From assembly GCA_028023455.1 (NCBI GenBank), contig JAQFVV010000009.1, positions 17,980,001 to 18,044,000 on the forward strand: a stretch of 64,000 nucleotides of DNA, read 5' to 3'. The notes under the pieces are model-generated. The model was not told where the DNA came from, ran no database searches, and saw only the letters and a program-made list of their open reading frames with translations. This document shows positions 53,100-64,000 of the stretch, piece after piece. Position 1 is the stretch's first letter, and each line of letters begins with the position of its first letter. A program made the position numbers and the translations under genes. Source of the DNA: Epiperipatus broadwayi. Lineage: Eukaryota; Animalia; Onychophora.

Positions 53100-55419
53100 A
53101 AACTAGAATATAGCTCATTCTCAGGAGGCTGTAACGTCACCAGCCAAGGCAGTGTTTGATATATATAAAAAAAGAGGACATTAAAAAACTCCTGGTTATG
53201 GATCGAGGCTACCATTTAACGACAACTTTCTATTTGACTATTTGCAATCATAGATAATTTTCAAATAAAAAAGGAAGAATTGTTTAATATTAAATAGGAT
53301 TATTATCAGACTGTGAATTTAAAAGCAGTGGTAAAGAGACAATTGATTTGAAAAGTGAATATGTAGTTTACTTTAAAGCCACAAATAGTGGAAACACAAA
53401 GGGAAAGAGATTTATTATAAATAAAAAATAGAGTAACATTGTGGACATTGATGAAATATCAGATGGAATGATAAAATTATTATTTAACTTAATTAAAGAT
53501 ACTAAATGCAGATAATTCAGGTTTATATCTAAACTTATTCTCATGCTTGAAGAAATAAAAGATTTTTATTTACATATATAGAATACTTTTGATTAGACCA
53601 AATAATATTGTAGAACTGCCATGGTAGATTTCAATGTTTGAATTGGAAAATAATTGAAAGATGAAGATGCTGTAGGTAAATTTGGATTTATAAACAAAAA
53701 TGAGAGAGGAAGTAGATTTGTGGAATTGTTGGAAAAGGAAAATCTACATATTATGAATTAGTTTTTTTAAGAAAGATCCAAATTTAAATTAGAATTTACT
53801 AATTGTTTTAAAATATTAACATATTTTGATAGTGAATCAGATTTGAACTAATTCACTAGGAAAATAGCTATTTCAAAAAGCAGCAATTCGTCATTAAATT
53901 TTCAACTGAGATAAAGCAATTTATGAAGAAAAGAATAAATATAAAAATATTTAAAAATGATTCATTTAGAAAAATTAAATATATGGAATTTTACAAAATG
54001 TTACAAAAAAGAATAAATGATAATATAAGGAAATAACTGAATTCATAAGAAAAGCAATAAAAGAGAATAAAATTCAACAAAGGTATAACATAACATCTTA
54101 ATATTAAAAAGAAAGTTGCTTCAACAATAAAAAGAGTGAACTATTTCTAAAAGATAGATATTATCATGAAATGTGTATAGACAAAATTATATGAAAATAA
54201 TGAACAAGAAAACAATCTTCCAAAATAGCAAGTATTTTAAATAAAGAAATGAGATCTATGAAGAATGGACAAGTTTCAGGAACTGATGGAATTACTATTG
54301 ATGTGTTAAAGAAAGGAAATGAATAAATAGGGAAATTCTCAAAAAAGTTGTATACCAATCTAAATATAAAAATGTATCAGATGAATATATAAAATGCAGT
54401 GATATTATTGATATTTATGAAAGATGAAAAGGAAACAATTAGAAATTATAGATTTATCAGATCAATTTGTAGAAGATCTTTATTGTGATCATTACAACTC
54501 AAATCAGTCAAAGAACAAACTGGATTTTAAAATAGTTTTATTATAATAGATTGCATCCAGATAAGTAATGAGTCTGAGATATTCTTACTGCTTTGAATAG
54601 TGTGTTAAAACTTTGAAACATTAAGACCTAGACCCAGAATATCTAATTCTGAAGAATATCAAAATACAACAGCAGTGATTAGACTACATAATCATCACAA
54701 AGAAGATTAACATTGACCAGAGTATGTGATAGGTTGATTTCTTATCTCCACTTTTTTTAATAATACTTTTGTGGGAAGTATCTTATGAATTAAAATGGAA
54801 AACTGAAGGGATAAAAACAAATGATTATTTGTTACCTTGATTTTGAGAAATAATGGAATTGTTATTGCAAATAATGCTTCAGAGCTTTAGAAAGTGATAC
54901 AAATTATTAGCAAGAAAATAGGACTAAAGATAAAAACTGAAAAATTTAAATAATTTTCAGTGGGTTATGACATGAGGAGAAAATAAATATTAATAATACA
55001 GTAAAAGAAATTAACAAATAGATTATTAATCACAGAATTAAATTTGAATGGCATGCTTTTCTTATAAATAATTTAATATTAAAAGCAAATGTGCTTATTT
55101 GTTTAAAAAGGAAGATATTTAATAGATGTGTTTTATCAGTTCTTTCATATTGATTTAATGTTTGAATGTATATCAGAAAAATAATATAGAGATTCAGACT
55201 GTACGGCAATGAAGATAGGCTGTATATTGCTAGAAGCAATGGTAATAGATGGACAATTAAAATTTTAAAGTGAATTAGAAGAGATTATAAAAGATCTAGA
55301 AAAAGACTAGATGTAATGTAGATAAATGAAATAAAGAAGTTTTCTAGATATATGTGGAGAAGAAAAACTATAGATCAAAGAAATTTAATTAAGCTTTGAG
55401 ACATCTTCATCCTGCAGTA
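53100..55419 (+). mobile_element. Degenerate RTE-type LINE
   Basis: Endonuclease VDFNV*IG...VGKFGFINKNERGSRFVE; RT SGTDGI and NYRFI; 3' end with (D)IFILQ. Many stops and deletions. Confidence 0.75.
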
Positions 55420-58400
55420 TTTTTTAAAAAATGATGATAATGTAGTTATGAATAGTTGATCTGCTAGTACAGTAGGTAGCAAAAAATTTTGATTATATTT
55501 TCCAATTGAAAAAGAAAAACAGTCTAATTATTTATGATGAAACTTTGTATAACAAAAATCATTAAGATTATTTCAACTATAGCTTAACCATTAGAGATCT
55601 CATCATGACATTCAAAATTATGAAAAATCTGAAAACTGTAATAATAGTTCTAAAGCTATCAAAGAATTACATTAGCAAAGCTTAGCACCATATAAGAATG
55701 TCTTTAATAGTTATTCCATTGCATTATATGTACATATTTAAGAATATAATTTTTTTATGGATTTATTTAAAAATTTTAGGATCACTATAACAGCTTATAT
55801 AATCAAACTAATGCTCATTATATATTAGAAAAAACTAAGTCTAATAAGAAATTTTATTTTTCCACAATAACTGAGAAAGGAGTTAGGAATTTCTGGATTT
55901 ATAATTTAATTATAGAATTATATTTAATATGACTTTATATATTTAGTTGTATGAAAATAATGTAGTCTGGAGGTAGGCCTATGTGATGGATATATAGTTT
56001 TCTAGGCCATTTATACTAGAACATTATTACATATTGTATTTATATGTAGAATGAATATTTTTCTTATTACACCATTTAATGCAAAAATTTTCAAGATTTT
56101 TTGATTGCAGATTTTGTAATCAAGCTTTTTAAAACAAAATTGTTGTCTTTTAATAATACAAAAAATCTCCCTTTTTAGCATTTTCATTGTCAGTAAGCAA
56201 TGCTTTCATTATTTGTTGATAGTTAATTTGAAATTAAAGCCTATTATTTAAAGTGTTTTACTTTTTCATTTAACTTTAGCTTTCATTATTAACATTTTTT
56301 CTTGAGTTATTATATAATCAATATCATTACTATTTTTCAACTTATCTGTATAGGAATAAATGGAAGTTGATTGACTTTGAGAATAAAAATTACCTTTATT
56401 GAATTTTATGTTAATGGAGCTCATATTTTCACAAGATCTTCCATACCAATTTGTTAGGTTTTTTTAATTTTATGTAAGATTCTATCAAAGTGTCCTGAAG
56501 CTGTGTGCTTCTGGTAATTTTATGTATTCTCTAGTAGAGTTAAAAATTAACCATATCTAAAAATTCTGAGAATTGTGAAATGGATGAATTTATTAAATAG
56601 TACATTAATTAAATAAGAGTAAAAAATATATAAAACATTGTTGTGATCCGCATTTTAAAGAGGTTTTCTGTGTTTATTTTTAAGGGAGCTATTTTTTTAA
56701 GATGTTGATGATGTAAACATCATTTCAATTTCTCTTGTTCTCTGCCTCTCACCTATCTGAAATAATTGAATAAAAAGTGCAATCAGATATAATATTAGAC
56801 TATCTGTCATTTTAGTCTTATCTATACAATCATTATATGTATTTATGAATATGATTCTTGTCGATTTCGGTAATGTATTTTTTTATTTCAGAATTTTTCA
56901 GAATATAACGAAATAATTGCATGTAGATTTGACTTCATTGAGTTTTTACAGAATCAGTTTCGTTTTTTAATACCGTTAGATACATTTTTTTTTATTACAT
57001 ATAATCTGAAAAATATAAATACAATTCATTTTTTAAAAAGATAGAAATGCATTGTGTCATTTTATTCTGAATAATCAGAATTTTATATCATTTTTTCAAA
57101 AAATAATTAAGAGATACTTATTTTTGAAACAACTTTATTTGGAATCCTATAATTTTTTCCGGAAAACAAAAGTGGTTAATAGTTATGTGACAAGTTTATA
57201 ATCAAATATTATAAGAAAAATTCATAGTTTGATTATTGATTAGTTAAAATAAAACAATGAGTGAAAGCAGCCCCCCCCCCTCCCGAGAATATTTTTTTAA
57301 TGCATTCCATATTCCATTTGTTAATATATGCAGCTATCCAAACATTTAAACATTCGTTCAGGTGCATAAAATGCCAAGTTTTTTTTTTCAGGATTCAGTA
57401 CTGATAGGTGTATATGCATTAGTAAATGCATGTGTTTGTTTGTATGAATTTGTTTATAAGAATTTTAACCTCATTGAAATACGAGAATATAATGAATGTT
57501 ACTTTTTTTTAAAAAAAAAAAACACTTTATTTCTTCTTCCTGCATCTTCTTTCAATCCTGATTTAAAACTATTCATCTTTTACTTATGCTTTCATTTTCA
57601 ATATATTGAATATTTTTAATTTTAACTATGAAAGATTTAAAGAAAAAAATTAAAAGAATGTAGCACTAAAGTGTATTGTTTGTTTATTCAGTAATAAGTA
57701 ATCCGAAGTTTTATATTATTCAGAGTAATGGAAAAGTTGGAACAAATATATAAAATTTCATCATAAACTTTTCTTATCTTTAAAGAATACAAGTTATGAT
57801 AAAGTGCAGATGGGATTGATAGTTTGATTTTTACATCTCATTTGTTTGTTATCTTGATATTTAAAACTTGTTTGCAATGAAGAGTTGTGTTTCATTTATA
57901 GGATTTAATCTTGATTGTTCGTCTTCGTTTAATTAAACATAACTTGTGTTACTTTATATTATATATATGAGAAATTATTTTCAGTTTACATTGGTTCATG
58001 TATCAGCATATGTAAAAATTAGCCCAGTGATGAGATCGGATTAATTGCTCAGGAAGAAAAAGCAAGCCTGATTGATCAATTAAATAGAGAATTGTGTCTC
58101 AAATTCATTTTAGTCATTGGTTCTCATAAATAGATGATTTTACAATGAATAATTATTTGAAGGAGATAGAATTATTTTATCATTTTATTAATATTTTTAA
58201 GAAATTATCATTTTAGATTATTATTATCATTCCAGACCACATTCTAAGAACTTTCTTATCCCTTACTGACTTCCTCAAACTCTTATGGTGTTCCTCTCTT
58301 TTGAGATTATATATGATATTTTTTGTTTATGAATTTTTTTCTCTCTTTATTCTCTTCCAACTATTTTATAATTCATTTCTCTCTACATGCTTGTACACTC

Positions 58401-58689
58401 CGTTTCATTTTTTTGTTTGTTTGTTTTTAATTTCCTCAATTATTAATCTTATTTCACTTTTCAGTGCTTCATGATTTCTAGAATTATATTTTAAACTTTT
58501 TTTCTTCCATATCCAATTCATTAAAACTTCTAGAATAAAATTTAACAAGTTATTTTCTTGGACATATTAAGGTATTGCAATTGTCTCTCAGCTTAATTAT
58601 TAATTCTGTTATCATTAGTTAATTAATTTGAAATTTTAAAAATATATATATATATACAGTGTAGTCTGGTAAAACAAATTAATTTGCTC

Positions 58690-59170
58690 CAGAAGCTCAT
58701 TCGTTATTTCATGTATATTGAAATACGTGTATTATAATCCATTTCAGGCTCATGCCTAGACCAAAATTATCATTTAAAACAACTACTTAAACAGAAAAAT
58801 CAAAAATATAAATGTGTAAAATATTTATAAAATTAATTGCTACACATACTATGCAATTAGATTTTAATAAAAATCCATCTTTTAAAAATGTACAATTAAA
58901 ATGTAAACTTACATATTCTTGTCCTAGCAGATTTAACAAAAAATTCTTCAAACAATTGCTTCATCTTTTCATAAATGATCATTTCATTGATGCTGTCAGC
59001 TTTCATTAGCTTTTAATTCATATAAGCAAGTTTTCATTTGCTCTGCAGTGTTGAAATGTAAAGTGCTCAATCTGGAAATATTTCTTGTTATCTGTGCTCT
59101 TTTTAATTTGTAATTTTTAAAAAGTAGTATAGATTGATGCTTTAGTCATACCATATTAAGAACTCAAATT
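58690..59170 (-). pseudogene. Possible hAT (Tip100/ZMYM1-like) transposase relic
   Basis: Weak motifs WYD*S (GYDxA-like), ALYI..(A)HxLNL-like and WSRHE (RWSxRH-like) occur in the expected order. Confidence 0.3.
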
Positions 59171-62100
59171 AATGATCATTTTACAGCTTTCTTTTTTAGC
59201 AGATGAACAAGTTGCAGAAGAAAAACTAAACACAAATAAGTTCACAAAATATGATAAAGATGTCTGATGATATCTGATCTTTTTTTCAAAGCTGAAATGC
59301 TCTGAAAAGCCTTACACACATGGATGTTATATGTAACATTTGCTGTATTAACCAATGGCATTTATCATTTAATGAAACCATGTTTAGTACGATACTTAAA
59401 TTTTTGTTATAGTTACTATAATTTTGCTTTGAAAAAAATTTTTTTTGTCATCAACCTTAATCAGTTTTCAAATGTTGTTTGTATGCCTTATAACTAAAAT
59501 TATTATAGTATAGTATACTTAAGAAAATACTTTCTTAAAAATATTACAATATTTTCATCACAAAGGATTTTGTGATTCCATAAAATTCCACCATTGATAA
59601 CATAACATAATTTTGCTTCAAATTATTTCTCTTAACATCACCATTAATCTTATTTTCAAATTCTGCTTTTATGATGCATTCTAAAATTATTGTAGTTTAT
59701 GCATTTAGAAGAATAGTTTTTTTAAAAAAATATCTACAATGGTTTCATTGTTAGGGATTTAATAATTCCATGTTTAGCATTTAGTTTTCTGATATTGTTT
59801 TTGTAATTTTGCTTTATTTTTTATTTATTCAATGTTCAATTTGGATAACATTTTTTGGTCAAATACAACTATTTTTTAACAAATGTATTACTAAAATTAA
59901 TTTTTAATATAACTAAAAGAATGAAAAAATTGCAAAAATCAGTATTTTTTATTTTTATTTCCACCAACATAAATTTAAAGCCTTATAAAAACATTGTATA
60001 ATTATAAAAATAAATATATTTTATATTTATTAAATAAAATAAAAAAACCTTTACCATTGTTTCTGTTTGACAAATAAATTATTGACAAGTGCCATCATTT
60101 AAAAAAAAAAAGAGAGAGACTTCTCCCATTGAACTTCTGAAATATAGTACTTTATATTTTGCTGATAATTTCTGTCTTCTATTAATAAAAACTAAAATAT
60201 AAACATTTTTATCAATAATTTGAAATATTTATTGCAAGATTGCAATAGAAATACTGTCACCCAAACTATTCAAATGTAATTTAAAGTTATTTGTCTCCAG
60301 CAAAATTAAACAGAATTACCTCTCCAAGTTGTTTGATTTGCTGTGGAACAGGTAATCAGCTTTTAAAATTACTTATTCTTATATGTATGTATTTTTTTTA
60401 AAATTATTGTCACTTTTTCCAGTCCATATTTTTTTAAAAATATATAGATTTTATTCATATCAACTTTTCAAGTTAATAAATATCAATCTCTTTCTGAAGG
60501 TCTCTTAAACATCATTATTCATTGTTCCAATTGCATTTTTGTATATCTGTCTTTTCAAATCCAAAATTTTCATTGGATCAAAATATTTCTAATTTCATTA
60601 CATACATTAAGCAATTATTTTCAAATTCTTTCTCTTCTCATATTCAGTAATTTACTTATGTTTTTCTTCTTCTCGTGTCTTTACAACTTTGATGGCTTGT
60701 TTTAAGATTGTAAATCTGCCAGTCACTTTAATGTATTCTTCTAGAAAGATTCATATTAAATTATTTTGTGACATGTTTCTGAAAAAGAAAATAATTAACT
60801 GATTATCAAAAAATTGGAAAATAACTTCAAAACATTATGTATCGAAGACTTAGCAGACAAACATTAGTGTTCATTGTATAGTTTAAAAAAAGTTGAGAAT
60901 AAGAAATAATTACCAATAAGGGAATTTAACCGTAGAGCAATGACTATGCAGAGCTTCAAAACTTAATGTATCAAGTCTCTGAAATATTGTGTGGTTAAAA
61001 AACGCAATGTTAAATGAGCTGCACCTTTTTTATATTTCTATTGTCTTAATAGAAGTTACTCTATATATCTGTCTCTAAAATTGAAAAGCTGCATCAATAA
61101 GATTGATTAATCTTTTATGTAATTAATTAGTACCAAATTTTTTTAAAAAAAGTTTTAATAACAATAAAAGAAATAAAATGCAAAATTTAATTATAAATTA
61201 GATCCCCCCTTTCCAGTCTTCTTTTTATATTAAAATCAAACAAAATTTTCTTATAACACAACTCTAAATCTTGTATTACCATAATATATCCTTCAATTAG
61301 TAGTTTTACTTATTATCATGATTATGAGATGTTATCTCATTATATATATATGAAAAAATATTTAAATAAATCAATGATACAATATAAAATATCTTTATAT
61401 AACAGCAATAATATACATTACCCTTTTTGATGTGCTTTAACTAATTTACAATTACGATCTACATTGCATACATAGTGACATCTATATTTTAACTATGACC
61501 TAGATTATAGGTAATTTTATTCTAGGTTATAGTTAATTTTATTAAAAAGATGTCAGTATATATGCAATGTAGATAGTAATTGTAAATTAATTAAGCATAT
61601 CGAAAAGGGTAAAAATTAATATTTTCCAAAGAGCTTTTTTGTGTATGATTATTATTATATATATTATTGCTGTTATATAAAGATATTTTATATTATATTA
61701 TATCTTGATTTATTTGAATATATGTAAAAGCAGCATAATGGATTACACTTTTCATTTTTGATGGTGAAATAAATATTTATAAATAGAATTTTAAAAAATT
61801 ATAAATTTATTTTTCTACACTATCTTCGGTTTTTTTTTTATAATTATTTAATGTTAACAGCATGAGAAATCAGTATATACACTAATTAAAGAAATACAAA
61901 AAGAATTTTTATTAAATGTATATACATTTTTAATAAAAATATTTATGTATGTAATGTATTTTAAAAACTTTTCCACAAGAAACTTAAAGAATACACATTA
62001 CATTAATTTTAGTATGCATTTACACGCTTTTTGATTTAATATCATCTATGTTATAGTTATTGCAGAAACTTAAAAGTAATATATAAAACATTTTAGTTTT

Positions 62101-63677
62101 TTTTTTTTTAATAAAAATTCAATTTTTAATTCTAATTATTTAATTTGTAATCAATATTATATGTTTTCATAATACAATAATTGTATTCAAGATACTATAA
62201 TGGAAGTCAATTTACATTGCCATAAATTGCTTTTGATTTCACAAAATGTTATGGTTACATTATTTCACTTAAACTATAATCAGTATTTTCAACTATTATT
62301 AGTTCATTGCAGAATAAAGATCTTTCTAAGTTTAATCCACTTCCTCTGATCCATAGTTTGTTTTTTCCATATTTTTCAAGAAAATTTCCTTATTTCATTC
62401 AATCATTTTACATGTTATATTTTTCTAGGTCTTTTATAATCTCTTGGGAATTCTTTCAAGATTTAAGTTGATCATTTTTTTGTTTTTTCTTCTGGCAGCT
62501 TGTTTAACACCTCTTCATTTTAACTTAATTCTTTCAATGATGTCAGTGATAATTGTCTTTAGTGATAAAAAAAATATTAGTTTTCAATAACCATTCGTAA
62601 ACAATTATGGCTATTCTAACCTCCGAAAGTATATAAACTCTCCCACCAAATACAAAAGACTTTTAAGTGAGGATTTGTCATAACAATTGCAGTAATCTTT
62701 GGGAAAAAATTTGAATTTTTTTAAAAATATGTCTGCCATATTTTTTAATAGTGACCATCTTGCAAGAGTGATGATGTCGTAAGATAATGTTTTCATGAAG
62801 AAAACATAATTGTAAGCTAGAATGGTGATGTTCATGCCAAAAAATACTGCATAATGCAAAGTTTATTCATTGTAATAATTGTGCTTTGGTTACAAAGATA
62901 AAATATGATTACTATAGTTAATTTAATTTCATGAAATATTTTTGATAATTTATACTCTATGGCACATACAAAGTAAAAAAAAAAAACTTTCAATGTATTG
63001 ACAAAAAAAAAGTTTTTTTCACTACAATAAATAATGAAAACTTACTTTGATTATATACATTAGCAAAGTAGATTTTATTTTAAAGATTGTACATTAGCTT
63101 AAGTTTATTTAATCAATCACTTTTTAACTATTTTTTTAAAAAATGCTAATTCAGTCCTAGGCAAAAATGTTGTCATTAAAAATCTGATTATTTTTGCTAA
63201 AACAGAGGGAATGGTGGATTATTTTACACATTATAGAATTAATAACAAATACTAAAATAACTTCAAGATATCACTTACTGTTTAATTTTTATCAAATAAC
63301 CATATAATTTGTTCTTGTTATATTCAAGATAATAGTGGCTTTCATCACAAATGTAAAAGAATATCAACAAAAAAGTACTATCAAACTTTGATCATATACA
63401 ATAATAAAATGTATTAATAATAAATTTTAAAATGTGTACATTACTTTAAGAATAATTTTTATTTAACTCATTTCTAACTGATGCTTTTATACTTATACAA
63501 ATTTTAATTGCCTAAGGGAAAATGCATTATCTAAAACAATATTGGTATTATTAAAATTGCAGCATTCAACTCTATATTACATTTCTTTAATTTTTATTTA
63601 ATGTTGATTGCACTTACATAAAACATGTAAAATCATAAACTATTGCTTTTTTAAAAAAAAAAAACATTTAACAGTAT

Positions 63678-64000
63678 TAGACAGAGTATGAGCACAGACT
63701 TTCACATGACCCACCACTCTCCACACTATCTCATAACACTGATACACCTGAACACACATATGTCGAAAAGATAAATAATCACCAATATCCGTATTTCATA
63801 CTAAACCAGCAATCATCAGTTGGTCCAGATTACCATCTCTACACATATATGCTACAAGTGCTCAGATATATATTAAGATTGGTGATTATTTATCTTTTCG
63901 ACATATGTGTGTTCAGGTGTATCAGTGTTATGAGATAGTGTGGAGAGTGGTGGGTCATGTGAAAGTCTGTGCTCACACTCTGTCTACTACATATATAGAC
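63678..64000. mobile_element. Young family-2-related hammerhead element, inverted pair (may run off the window)
   Basis: Arms 63678-63786 and 63878-63986 (109 bp, one mismatch); the spacer contains the HHR core; similar to 50840-50915. Confidence 0.8.
63781..63824 (-). ncRNA. Minimal type I hammerhead ribozyme (family 2)
   Basis: accaa-CTGATGA-ttgctg(gtt)tagtat-GAAA-tacgga-TA-ttggt; helix I is a perfect 5 bp; predicted cleavage after A63786 (- strand). Confidence 0.75.

Noticed and set aside
58023-58073. Box C/D snoRNA-like GTGATGA...CTGA
   Set aside because: Only ~50 nt with a weak 3-bp terminal stem and no recognisable rRNA antisense element.
1-64000. CRISPR arrays, rRNA genes, prokaryotic operons
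   Set aside because: No regularly spaced repeat-spacer array or rRNA-like sequence; the content is eukaryotic repeat DNA.

Overview
Very AT-rich (roughly three-quarters AT by eye, not computed) metazoan genomic DNA. No host protein-coding gene can be supported; the window is intergenic or intronic and full of mobile-element remnants. These include a decayed Ty3/gypsy LTR element (4123-8702), two decayed RTE-type LINEs, hAT and piggyBac-like relics, two tRNA-Gly-derived SINE-like inserts, and many Penelope-like (GIY-YIG) fragments, several as inverted pairs. The main signal is three families of Penelope-associated minimal type I hammerhead ribozymes (HHR), all with a palindromic helix III. Family 1 is a young, apparently non-coding ~460-nt monomer inserted three times with 13-16 bp target-site duplications (TSDs) and the same two termini. 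Family 2 is a ~465-nt monomer. Family 3 lies behind GIY-YIG ORF ends and has the core AUGANUA instead of CUGANGA, an apparent A3-U8 compensatory swap of the C3-G8 tertiary pair. A separate GC-rich island at 14.46-14.77 kb carries three CTCF-like motifs. All calls were made by eye; ribozyme activity and family names are untested.
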